Origin: Okeania sp.
GTDB lineage: Bacteria > Cyanobacteriota > Cyanobacteriia > Cyanobacteriales > Microcoleaceae
DNA length: 32,000 nucleotides
Direction of reading: 5' to 3'
NCBI RefSeq assembly: GCF_035285525.1
Contig: NZ_JAYKGW010000018.1
Location: 67,214 to 99,213, forward strand
The notes beneath the pieces were generated by a model, which was given only the letters and a program-made list of their open reading frames with translations, did not search any database and had not been told where the DNA came from. The translations under genes were made by a program, and so were the position numbers. The first letter of the stretch is position 1, and the number at the start of each line of letters is the position of its first letter. This document shows, piece by piece, positions 18,396 to 27,286 of this stretch.

Positions 18396-18447
18396 TAATA
18401 ATTAATAATTACCTATTTTTATCAAGAAGAGGATTGACTAAAAGGAA
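18396..18447 (+). repeat. AT-heptamer + 'GATTGACTAAAAGGA' dispersed element, copy 2
   Basis: 'taataattaataattacctatttttatcaagaagaggattgactaaaaggaa', starting 4 nt beyond the start codon of the PLD-like gene (CAT at 18390-18392). It is near-identical at both ends to 27053-27104. Confidence 0.7.
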
Positions 18448-18642
18448 TTTAGAGACTAAACTCCTATATGTATTAATTATCCATTATCCACAGGACTTAC
18501 CCATAAATATTTGGTATAGACAAATTCCATTTGCCCTCTTCAAGATAGGTTACTATTTCAGAATTTGCATAAATTCTAAAATCTATTATCAAAATAAGTA
18601 TTATTTTGGGGTTGACAATTCGTGGGGTTAAGGTTAGTATTA

Positions 18643-18730
18643 GGACTTACACAAGACCGCTATATCTAGTAGGGGCGAACGGCCGTTCGCCCCTACAAAT
18701 GGCGTATAATTTGATATTTTGCGTAAGTCC
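18643..18730. mobile_element. 88-bp MITE of the GGACTTAC(G/A)C...GCGTAAGTCC family with a perfect 28-bp central palindrome
   Basis: The ends are 'ggacttacac' and 'gcgtaagtcc'. The interior 18669-18696, 'gtaggggcgaacggccgttcgcccctac', is a perfect palindrome. Confidence 0.75.
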
Positions 18731-19042
18731 TGAGTATTAAAAGTAAGTATGACGGTGTTAAGACCCTTGACGAATGAATATTGGCTAGTTTTTGGTCATT
18801 TGTCGTAGCTTAGGGCTGGTTATAAGGTGGTTTTTTATCTTTGTATGGTATCCCAGATACACGGCTCCCAGAATCGCTGAAATGCTGATTATTTCCTTGT
18901 TTTTGGCTATAATATTTGAGTTAATGCTGATAGCGGAATTAATGAAAACATAAGGAAACCTTAGAAACCCAGTTTCTTCAAGAAACCGGGTTTCTGGGTC
19001 TAGTCCTTCATCCAAAGCAGAATTAAACGAAGAAAACTCCGT

Positions 19043-20200
19043 ATGCCACGAGTAATATCAATTGACATTTTGCGTGGATTCGTAATGGTGCTAATGGTAT
19101 TAGATCATGTGCGAATATTTTTCTCTAATGCTAACTTTGATCCTTTAGACCTTACCCAGTCAAACGTTCCTCTATTTCTCACCCGATGGGTGACTCATCT
19201 GTGCGCTCCCACATTCATTTTTCTAGCAGGAATAGGAGCTTATCTCTCTCTCAAACGTGGCAAAACCAAACAACAACTTTTTCAATTTTTGTTGCTGCGA
19301 GGATGTTGGTTTATTTTTTTAGATTTAACAGTCGTGCGTTTTAGTTGGAGGTTTAACCTGACAGACATTTTTTCTGTTGCTGGAGTATTATGGGCGATCG
19401 CTTGGTCTATGATTTTTTTAGCAGCAATAATTTATCTCCCTACTCGGATAATAGCAGCGATCGGAATTTTGCTAGTAGTCGGACATAATCTTTTTGATAA
19501 CATACAAGCAGAACAATTAGGAAATATTGGTTGGTTATGGACAATACTCCACGAACGCAACATGATTGAACCAATACCTGGGTTTCGTTTATTTATTCTC
19601 TATCCTCTAATTCCTTGGATTGGAGTTATCGCATTAGGTTACGCTTTCGGAAAATTGTTTGAAATAGAAAAAATTAGGCGACTTCAGCTATTAAGAAAAA
19701 TAGGTTTAAGTATGATAATTGCTTTTATTATCATTCGAGGCATTAACATTTATGGCGACCCCAATCCTTGGTCAATTCAATCTAACTTTCCTGATACCTT
19801 ACTATCCTTTATCAACTGCCATAAATATCCACCCTCTTTCTTGTATTTATTAATAACACTTGGTCTAGCAATTATATTACTTTATTTTTTAGAAAGAACA
19901 AAAATAAATTATTATTTAAAGCCATTAATTATCTTAGGTCAAGAACCATTATTTTTTTATATTATCCACGTTTATCTAATTCATTTAACCGCTATTTTAT
20001 TTGCCTTTTCTAGATATGTTATAAGACTTTTTACTTTCTCTCACTCAGGAATGAGTTTGGAGATAAAAGCTGTTCAGTATAATTTGCCAATGGTTTATTT
20101 AATTTCGATATTAATAACTCTGATTTTGTATATTATTTGTAATTATTTCACTAAATATAAGAAAAAGCACCGAGGTAAATGGTGGTTAAATTACCTATAA
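19043..20200 (+). CDS. DUF1624 / heparan-alpha-glucosaminide N-acetyltransferase-like integral membrane protein
   Basis: 385 aa and polytopic. The N-terminal 'RVISIDILRGFVMVLMVLDHVR' is the signature start of the DUF1624 acyltransferase-like family as I recall it. Confidence 0.8.
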   Translation: MPRVISIDILRGFVMVLMVLDHVRIFFSNANFDPLDLTQSNVPLFLTRWVTHLCAPTFIFLAGIGAYLSLKRGKTKQQLFQFLLLRGCWFIFLDLTVVRFSWRFNLTDIFSVAGVLWAIAWSMIFLAAIIYLPTRIIAAIGILLVVGHNLFDNIQAEQLGNIGWLWTILHERNMIEPIPGFRLFILYPLIPWIGVIALGYAFGKLFEIEKIRRLQLLRKIGLSMIIAFIIIRGINIYGDPNPWSIQSNFPDTLLSFINCHKYPPSFLYLLITLGLAIILLYFLERTKINYYLKPLIILGQEPLFFYIIHVYLIHLTAILFAFSRYVIRLFTFSHSGMSLEIKAVQYNLPMVYLISILITLILYIICNYFTKYKKKHRGKWWLNYL

Positions 20201-20213
20201 AGAGGAGAGGGAA

Positions 20214-20325
20214 TAGACATCTCCAGAAAAGAGGCAATAGGTATGGAGGCAATGGGCAATAGGAAAAAAGAATTGATAATTTCTGTACGATAATTGATTT
20301 GATTTTTTATTTTTGGAGATGTCTA
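20214..20325. mobile_element. 112-bp MITE with TAGACATCTCCA(G)AAAA / TTTTTGGAGATGTCTA termini
   Basis: The terminal inverted repeats are read directly. A related end, 'ttagacatctccaaaaataaaa', occurs at about 4059-4080. The element begins 14 nt after the stop codon of the upstream gene. Confidence 0.75.
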
Positions 20326-20665
20326 ATTAAAAAAACTCTCTATTGCCAGAAGTGCTACTGATAACTGATAACTGATAACTGTAAAAAAACTCCCTATTGC
20401 CAGAACTTCTACTGATAACTAAAATGCCCACCTTACAAAGGTTTTATATTTGTATTTTATAGAGTTGCCATCTTCTATAATAGAAAACCCAAATAGTTAA
20501 CTATAGCAATCCTAAATAGTAGACTGACACAGCTAATGAGTGTGCATTAGTAGAATAGGGAAGCAAAGTTTTTGTTGGGTTGAGGAACGAAACCCAACCT
20601 ACATCTAACTGATGATATACTATTACCTTAACAAAATTAAGCTTTATGAGACTCACATTAAATTT

Positions 20666-21739
20666 ATGGGTAATCCTTCTTATGCTCCCCCGTGGTTCCT
20701 AAAAAATGGTTTAGCAATGACTCTTTATGCAGCATTTTGGATACCTCGTTTTTGGGAAGAGACCACTAAATTTCCAAAACCTCCTTACCAAGACACAATT
20801 TTTATTGGTGCAAATGATGTGCCAATTTATGGTTGGATGGCTATTCCAGAAAACCCAAAAGGTACAATTATTGGAACTTATGGAATTACAGGAGAACTTG
20901 ATAATCAATGGTTCTTAAAACTATTAGGACGTAAAGCTTATGCTCAAGGTTATGCCGTTATTTTATTTGATTGGCGTGCCCATGGTAGGACGGCATTATT
21001 ATCACCAGCTCTAACTTCTGATGGGATTTATGAAGGAAGAGATTTTGTACATATTGCGGCTCAAGCAAAAGTAATGGGTTGCCCACCAAATTTTTGGTTT
21101 GCGGCCTATTCTTTGGGAGGACAACTAGCACTTTGGGGGGCAAAAGCCGCAGAAAATCTAGCTCCAGAATTAGGACTAACAGAAACAGATATTGGTGGTT
21201 CTGTAGTTATTTGTCCTAGTCTAGAAGCTCATCGTTCTCTCTCTTATTTAGACAGTTCTCCTTTAGGAAGACACTTGGATAAAGGAATTACTAAAAACCT
21301 GAAAAAATTAGCTTGGTCAATTCACGAACATCATCCAGATTTTATCAATCCAGAAGCAATTGAACGGGCTAATTCTATCCGTAAATTTGATGAAGAATTT
21401 ATTATAACAGAATTAGGTTTTCCATCAACAGAAGCTTACTATCAAGCAACAAGTCCTTTATATTTTTTACCTCATCTTCAGAAAAAAACATTGATTATCT
21501 ATGCAGAAGATGATCCATTATTTGACCCAACAATTGTACCAGATTTAAAAGCTGCTTGTAAAAATAATTCTGCTATAGATTTAATTTTAACTTCTTATGG
21601 TGGTCATGTGGCTCATGTTAGTAATAAATCATGTCAAAAAAGTGCGGAAGATCCAGATATTTGGTGGGCATGGAATCGAGTTTTTGAATGGATAAAACAA
21701 CATGAAACATCAGCGTTAACTACTCCAGTTGCTGTCTAA
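20666..21739 (+). CDS. alpha/beta hydrolase (YheT / AB-hydrolase-4-like)
   Basis: 'PPWFLKNGLAMTLY', 'DWRAHGRT' and the nucleophile elbow 'YSLGGQLAL', followed by 'DDPLFD' and 'GGHV', fit the YheT-type esterase layout. I prefer the ATG at 20666, because the longer 20612 start runs out of a dispersed repeat ('gttgggttgaggaacgaaacccaacctac', 20575-20603). Confidence 0.85.
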   Translation: MGNPSYAPPWFLKNGLAMTLYAAFWIPRFWEETTKFPKPPYQDTIFIGANDVPIYGWMAIPENPKGTIIGTYGITGELDNQWFLKLLGRKAYAQGYAVILFDWRAHGRTALLSPALTSDGIYEGRDFVHIAAQAKVMGCPPNFWFAAYSLGGQLALWGAKAAENLAPELGLTETDIGGSVVICPSLEAHRSLSYLDSSPLGRHLDKGITKNLKKLAWSIHEHHPDFINPEAIERANSIRKFDEEFIITELGFPSTEAYYQATSPLYFLPHLQKKTLIIYAEDDPLFDPTIVPDLKAACKNNSAIDLILTSYGGHVAHVSNKSCQKSAEDPDIWWAWNRVFEWIKQHETSALTTPVAV

Positions 21740-22064
21740 TAGTAAGCATTTCCTGTGGAATGGGCTCGCATTCAGCTATTAGCTATCAGTAATAAGACGC
21801 TGTTTTTGGTAGAGTCAAGACTTACGCAAAGCAATCAATAAACCGATTAAGACTGTAGGGGTTTGGTCTCCAAACCCTCTACAAACCAGGAATACATGAG
21901 ATCGCATTTGAGATAATGTCCGCTAGCATTGGTTTTGTATAGAGAAGGTAAGGAAGAAGGAAGAAGGAAGAAAGAAGAAGCTTTAAGAGAAGAAAAAAAC
22001 TTTAAAAAAGGTAGATATTTCTCCAATTTTTACACAAACGATACCAATGGACATGATATTATCA

Positions 22065-22194
22065 GGACTTACGCACGCGCAACGCAATTTTTCCGATACG
22101 AGCGACAGCGTTTCGCTGCGCGACATGAAGGGGTCGCTGTCCGTCAGGATAGCAATCTCAAACCCCTATTTTTCCTACCTCATGGCTTTAGTCC
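22065..22194. mobile_element. 130-bp MITE (GGACTTACGCA ... GGCTTTAGTCC), full-length member
   Basis: It abuts the kinase stop codon (22198-22200). 29550-29639 is the same element in reverse orientation but lacks the central 'gcgacagcgtttcgctgcgcgacatgaaggggtcgctgtccg' segment. That core recurs at about 4968-5010. Confidence 0.75.
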
Positions 22195-22197
22195 TAA

Positions 22198-24345
22198 TTA
22201 TTCCTTTGCAGGTTTATTTATTTGCTCAGATAAAGTTGATGTGGGAAATGGTTTGACTACAGACTTTTTGGAAGGTTTATTGAATGGTGCGGGTGTAGGA
22301 GAATCTGTGGGTTCTGGTTCCGTAGTTGGAGTCGGAGAATTTGTGGGTTCTGGTTCCGTAGTTGGAGTCGGAGAATTTGTGGGTTTCGGTTCCGTAGTTG
22401 GAGTCGGAGAATTTGTGGGTTTCGGTTCCGTAGTTGGAGTCGGAGAATTTGTGGGTTTCGGTTCCGTAGTTGGAGTTGGAGAATTTGTGGGTTTCGGTTC
22501 CGTAGTTGGAGTTGGAGAATTTGTGGGTTTCGGTTCCGTAGTTGGAGTCGGAGAATTTGTGGGTTTCGGTTCCGTAGTTGGAGTTGGAGAATTTGTAGGT
22601 TTCGGTTCTGTAGTTGGAGTTGGAGAATTTGTAGGTTTCGGTTCTGTAGTTGGAGTTGGAGAATTTGTAGGTTTCGGTTCTGTAGTTGGAGTAAATTGCG
22701 GTATAGGATTAGTTAAATCAATATCTAACTTGTAGTCAGTACCAGACAAACCAGGTAAAGGACTCAGAATAATTTTGTAGTCACCATCTATAGGTAAAAT
22801 TCCTTTCCAATTAGATACTTTTTCAGAGATTCCATCCATTCCCTCCCCATCCGCTCTCAATAAACTCATCAATACCCCTTCTCCAGTCACTAATAAACTC
22901 AACTTTTGCCCCTGACTCCCAGAAATTATATAGCTAACAGTTTCATTTCCTTTCAAATTACCCTCAATAGATATAGGTTCCCCTGGTAATAATAGATCGA
23001 GACGTTCCTCTGAGGTCTCTAACTTCGGTGGAGTTTCAACAACAGAAGGAGTTTCTGTGATGGTTTCTGGTGTTGGGGATGGTACAGGAATAATTGATTC
23101 TGGTGGCAAAGTAGGCGATCGTGATGATTGAGCTGTTGGAGATGGAGATAATGGAGATGGAAATGATGGTGATGGAAATGACGGTGATGGAAATGATGGT
23201 GATGAAGATGGTGATGAAGTAATAGTTGGTAAATTTGGTACTGGACTGGGATTAATTTCAGTTACTTCCTCAACTTCAGGTTGTTGTTTGCGCTTGAGGA
23301 GCAAATTAACTGTACCCCAAGAAACCACCCCAGATAATAAAACTAATATTACTATTAAAGCAACTGCACTCCACTTATGATGATCGAAAAGGCTATCATT
23401 ATCAGTATTAAAATTTTGATTTGAACCTACAACTACTGTCCCCACTTGAGAGAGAGAAGAGTTATTTGCTGCTTGGTTAATAGTAGGTGGTTGCTGAGAC
23501 TTAACACTAGGTAATGTTGCCAAATCTTTCTCTAACTCTGTGACAGACTGATAGCGATCGCCTGGTTGATGACTTAACATTTTATTGATAATCTCAGCTA
23601 ACTCTGGACTAACTGCTACCCACCGTTGCCAATCCCATTTTAATGTAGTTTGATCGATTAATACTTGGGGATCTTTGCCAGTCAATAGCACAACTATTGT
23701 AACTGCTAAAGCATATAGATCGCTACTTGCTGTTGCTCTTCCCAGTTGAATTTGTTCCCAAGGAGCGTAACCAACTTTTCCCACATTTGTCATTTCTACT
23801 GTTAAGTCAGGAGATTGAACTTTTGTTGCTATTTCCTTAACTACACCAAAATCTATTAATACTGGCATTTGGTCGGTTTCACGTCTGATAATATTGTCTG
23901 GAGATATGTCTCGGTGAACGATCCCAAAATTATGAATATGAGCTAGTACGGGTAATATTTGTGCTAAAAAAGTTAGCACTTCTGCTTCTGAGAACAAATT
24001 ACTTGTCTGTTGACGCTCCTGTAATATAGTTCGATAGGTTTTGCCTACAACATAATCTTGTAATAAAAAAAGCCGTTGATTTTCTTCAAAGGTAGCTCTA
24101 AATTTCGGAATTTGGGGATGTTCAATTTGGTAGAGAATCGCTGCTTCTCTGGCAAATAGTTCTTGAGATTTTGCTACCACATTAGCATTTGTCTGTTGGG
24201 GAATAAATTCTTTGATGGCACAAAGTTCATTAAAACGACCTGTATCTTCCGCTAGATAGGTACGACTAAATCCACCTTGACCTAAAATACTAATTAAGCG
24301 ATAGCGGTTTTGCAGAATTGTACCAATGGGAATAGGTAATTGCAT
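22198..24345 (-). CDS. Ser/Thr protein kinase with TM segment, Pro/Ser-rich linker, beta-rich extracytoplasmic domain and C-terminal (PTPTTEPKPTNS)n tail
   Basis: 715 aa. Kinase motifs 'GQGGFSRTY', 'AIKEF', 'HRDISPDNI', 'DFG' and 'APWE' are present. The TM segment is 'WSAVALIVILVLLSGVVSWGTV', followed by 'PSFPSPSFPSPSFPSP' and then 11 tandem 12-aa units. The + strand ORF 21929-22735 is the antisense reading of these repeats. Confidence 0.92.
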   Translation of the reverse strand: MQLPIPIGTILQNRYRLISILGQGGFSRTYLAEDTGRFNELCAIKEFIPQQTNANVVAKSQELFAREAAILYQIEHPQIPKFRATFEENQRLFLLQDYVVGKTYRTILQERQQTSNLFSEAEVLTFLAQILPVLAHIHNFGIVHRDISPDNIIRRETDQMPVLIDFGVVKEIATKVQSPDLTVEMTNVGKVGYAPWEQIQLGRATASSDLYALAVTIVVLLTGKDPQVLIDQTTLKWDWQRWVAVSPELAEIINKMLSHQPGDRYQSVTELEKDLATLPSVKSQQPPTINQAANNSSLSQVGTVVVGSNQNFNTDNDSLFDHHKWSAVALIVILVLLSGVVSWGTVNLLLKRKQQPEVEEVTEINPSPVPNLPTITSSPSSSPSFPSPSFPSPSFPSPLSPSPTAQSSRSPTLPPESIIPVPSPTPETITETPSVVETPPKLETSEERLDLLLPGEPISIEGNLKGNETVSYIISGSQGQKLSLLVTGEGVLMSLLRADGEGMDGISEKVSNWKGILPIDGDYKIILSPLPGLSGTDYKLDIDLTNPIPQFTPTTEPKPTNSPTPTTEPKPTNSPTPTTEPKPTNSPTPTTEPKPTNSPTPTTEPKPTNSPTPTTEPKPTNSPTPTTEPKPTNSPTPTTEPKPTNSPTPTTEPKPTNSPTPTTEPEPTNSPTPTTEPEPTDSPTPAPFNKPSKKSVVKPFPTSTLSEQINKPAKE
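22298..22693. repeat. 36-bp tandem repeat x11 (coding, C-terminal tail of the kinase)
   Basis: Units start at 22298 and recur every 36 nt to 22658 ('ggagaatttgtgggtttcggttccgtagttggagtc'). Variants are ordered along the array: ggttct- type in units 1-2, gtc/gtt alternation in the middle, and 'gtaggtttcggttctgtagttggagtt' in the last three. Confidence 0.95.
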
Positions 24346-24542
24346 AATAAATAATAATAGGTTTAATTTAAGATATTTGTTACAGAAATTATAAATAGAT
24401 TGTCAGATTTTATGGTATAGATTTGGAGACTAAACCCCTACAGTTTTTTCTGACAAATGATTTCTGATGGCTATATTGGCTACTACTAAATGCTGAATAA
24501 GCTAATACGCACTTTTAAATGCGTATTAAACAAATTGAACTT

Positions 24543-24998
24543 TTAATTTAGCTTGCTCTTTACCATTTCTTGAACTTTTTTACCATCGGCCTTACCTTTC
24601 AACTTCTGCATTGCTGGACCCATAACTTTACCCATATCTTTAGCAGAACTAGCTCCTACCTGGACAATAATCTCATCTATTATTTGAGCAACCTCATCAT
24701 CCGATAACTGTTTTGGCAGATATTCCTCAAGAATGGCCAATTCGGCCGCTTCTTGATCGGCCAATTCTTGACGACCTACTTGACTATATTGCTCTATAGA
24801 ATCCCGACGTTGTTTGGCCAATCTGGCTAAGATATCCATTTCTTGAGTTTCTGTCAGAGAGTCCTTTCCAGCAGCTCTAGCATTTGATTCCTCCTCCAGA
24901 ATAACTTTTTTGATGCTACGAACTGTCTCCAGACGTACCTTGTCTTTGGCCTTCATCGCAGCTTTAATGTCCTCTGTAATTTTGTCCTTTAAACTCAT
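24543..24998 (-). CDS. GatB/YqeY domain-containing protein
   Basis: 151 aa. 'MSLKDKITEDIKAAMKAKDKVRLETVRSIK...' and 'LSDDEVAQIIDEII...GASSAKDMGKVMG..M' are the typical YqeY N- and C-terminal patterns. Confidence 0.9.
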   Translation of the reverse strand: MSLKDKITEDIKAAMKAKDKVRLETVRSIKKVILEEESNARAAGKDSLTETQEMDILARLAKQRRDSIEQYSQVGRQELADQEAAELAILEEYLPKQLSDDEVAQIIDEIIVQVGASSAKDMGKVMGPAMQKLKGKADGKKVQEMVKSKLN

Positions 24999-25178
24999 AA
25001 TCCAATTCTGATAACAACTAACTCTAAAATCATGGCATAAATCATCGTTATAGGTGGGAACAGGGAACAGTTAAAAGTGTTTCCCAGTCTAAGATTCATT
25101 ATTAGTCCATGTCCTAACCGCCCAGGCAGTTGCTATAAGAGAGGGAAGAGGGTCTGAAGTGTGTGAAGTGTGCGAGGT

Positions 25179-25214
25179 GTGGGAGCTGTGGGAGCTGTGG
25201 GAGCTGTGGGAGCT
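25179..25214. repeat. nonamer tandem repeat (GTGGGAGCT x4) within a longer degenerate GTG-rich tract (about 25157-25230)
   Basis: Read directly. Confidence 0.9.
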
Positions 25215-25489
25215 GTGGGGAGTGTGGGAAGAATAATTATTCCTTCCTCTACTTTTTTTCTACTAAGTCTCACCGTTAAACCCGAAATAATTTATCATAA
25301 AAATAGCCTTTGCTGAAGAGAGTTTAAAATTTTCAAAGAGTTCTTGATTTTTATTACTAAATGTTTCATAATAGTAAGATTAATTAGAATAAAAATTATC
25401 AATAATATTGCTGATCAAATAATCTTTGTATAGATAAAAAAAAGGGAAGATTTTTTCGGTTTAAGATGATAAGATCACAGTGAATAAAA

Positions 25490-26500
25490 GTGCTACGAGG
25501 GTTTGCCGTGATCAATGTTACTTTACCAATTCAGGCTCCTGTGTCTGTTATTGCAAACGATCATAATCGACTAAGACTTTTTTCCGGTTCTGCTAACGTT
25601 CCTCTATCTACGGAAGTAGCTAGATATCTAGGTTTAGACTTAGGTCCAATGGTGCGTAAGCGCTTTGCTGATGGAGAACTCTATGTTCAAATTCAGGAAT
25701 CAATTAGAGGCTGTGATGTCTATCTAATTCAGCCTAGTTGTCATCCAGTTAATGACAACCTCATGGAATTATTAATAATGATCGATGCTTGTCGTCGAGC
25801 TTCTGCTAGGCAAATTACCGCAGTCATTCCTTACTATGGTTATGCTAGGGCAGACCGGAAAACTGCTGGACGAGAGTCAATTACTGCCAAATTAGTGGCC
25901 AATTTAATTACTGAGGCAGGAGCTAATCGCATTCTCGCAATGGATTTACATTCAGCTCAGATTCAGGGTTATTTTGATATTCCCTTGGATCATGTTTATG
26001 GTTCACCAGTAATTTTAGATTACTTAACAAGAAAGAATTTATCAGACATTGTGGTTGTTTCTCCCGATGTAGGTGGGGTAGCGAGAGCCAGAGCTTTTGC
26101 TAAAAAATTAAATGATGCTCCTTTGGCAATTATAGATAAACGTCGCCAAACTCATAATGTGGCAGAGGTTTTGAATGTCATTGGAGATATTAAGAACAAA
26201 ACTGCCGTTCTAGTAGATGACATGATTGATACAGCTGGGACTATTTGTGAAGGTGGGCGAATTTTGCGCGAACATGGGGCACGACAAGTTTATGCTTGTG
26301 CTACCCATGCTGTATTTTCACCACCAGCTATTGAGCGTCTTTCTAGGGGAATATTTGAAGAGGTGATTGTTACTAATACTATCCCATTGAATCAAAAAAA
26401 TATGTTTCCTCAACTGACAATTCTTTCCGTTGCCAATTTATTGGGTGAAACTATTTGGCGCATTCACGAAGATACTTCAGTTAGTAGTATGTTTCGCTAG
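25490..26500 (+). CDS. prs: ribose-phosphate pyrophosphokinase
   Basis: 'RLFSGSANVPLSTEVARYLG', 'FADGELYVQIQESIRG', 'VIPYYGYARADRK', 'DLHSAQIQGYFDIP' and the PRPP loop 'VLVDDMIDTAGT' are present. There is no in-frame ATG upstream of these motifs. An in-frame TGA lies at 25481-25483, so a GTG start at 25490 (or 25508) is implied. Confidence 0.92.
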   Translation: MLRGFAVINVTLPIQAPVSVIANDHNRLRLFSGSANVPLSTEVARYLGLDLGPMVRKRFADGELYVQIQESIRGCDVYLIQPSCHPVNDNLMELLIMIDACRRASARQITAVIPYYGYARADRKTAGRESITAKLVANLITEAGANRILAMDLHSAQIQGYFDIPLDHVYGSPVILDYLTRKNLSDIVVVSPDVGGVARARAFAKKLNDAPLAIIDKRRQTHNVAEVLNVIGDIKNKTAVLVDDMIDTAGTICEGGRILREHGARQVYACATHAVFSPPAIERLSRGIFEEVIVTNTIPLNQKNMFPQLTILSVANLLGETIWRIHEDTSVSSMFR

Positions 26501-27052
26501 AATGGCCGATTTTTAGTCACTACATATTTCTTCTCAAGACAATACTTTAAGAAGAATGATGAGTGTAAAATCTTTAGAAAGATTTAATCAAGATAAAATT
26601 TTGGCGAAGTTGATTAGTTGATTAAAAAATAAGGTCTCAAGCCTCTGGCTACAGCCAGAGGTACTGATACAGTGGATTCCACTTTGGTGAGGTACAACTC
26701 ATTGTAATTCTGAATATACGTATTAGGACTTACCAAAAAATGAGGGTATGTGCCTCCCCTTTTAAGGGGATGAAAAAGCGGTCGTCAGCGGAGCTTCCCG
26801 AAGGGTGAGATGGATGAGTTCTCTAACCATATCTAATCGACCAAGAGAAATGTTTAACACGGTTCCCGAGAAATCAGTATTTCAAGCCTCCGACTTGAGT
26901 CGAAGGTTCGCTCTCTACTGATAACTAAAATGACGCATATACCATAAATATAGCGCTTAAAACTATAGCGCTATAGTTTTTGGACTCTATATTATAGTAT
27001 CTTGTGTATTTCATATACCTGGAATCTGCTTTCAGCAATTAACAATGAAAAA

Positions 27053-27104
27053 TTAATAATTAATAATTACCTCTTCTTAAAAGAAGGGGATTGACTAAAA
27101 GGAA
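27053..27104 (+). repeat. AT-heptamer + 'GATTGACTAAAAGGA' dispersed element, copy 3
   Basis: 'ttaataattaataattacctcttcttaaaagaaggggattgactaaaaggaa', about 180 nt upstream of the GmrSD-like start. It contains the hairpin cctcttctt-aaa-agaagggg. Confidence 0.7.
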
Positions 27105-27286
27105 AATTTTTTATTTATCCCCTATCTAAGGGGAGGCTTCAAGGCATGAATTGTTGAATAGTTAATAATTAATTATTAACTATTAATTGTTTGGTAACTG
27201 ATAACTGATAACTGAAATGACAGTAGGGTTTTGCTTCAGCAACTCTACTGTTAATATTTGAGGCATTTTTTAAGGGGTAATATTAT

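Noticed and set aside
18434-19015. ORFs 18434-18631 (+) and 18785-19015 (-) in the PLD/DUF1624 intergenic region
   Set aside because: Both run through dispersed repeats. The peptide 'ETRFLEETGFL' is the translation of the AGAAACCGGGTTTCT palindrome. They use weak or alternative starts, have no RBS, and have low-complexity composition.
20612-20665. Longer start for the alpha/beta hydrolase (MIYYYLNKIKLYETHIKF...)
   Set aside because: The extension starts directly at the edge of a dispersed palindromic repeat (20575-20603) and is AT-rich low-complexity sequence. I prefer the ATG at 20666. This is not proven.
21929-22735. 268-aa + strand ORF with the striking repeat 'GFGSVVGVGEFV' x9
   Set aside because: It is the antisense reading of the 36-bp repeats in the kinase gene (22198-24345). 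That gene has full kinase motifs, a TM segment and a sensible start. The 5' part of this ORF runs through a MITE (22065-22194) and an AG-rich tract, and it has no RBS or recognisable domain.
24504-24527. Hairpin 'aatacgca-cttttaaa-tgcgtatt' as an intrinsic terminator for the YqeY-domain gene
   Set aside because: The 8-bp stem is A/T-rich and is not followed by a U-tract on the minus strand. It is plausible but not supportable as a terminator from sequence alone.
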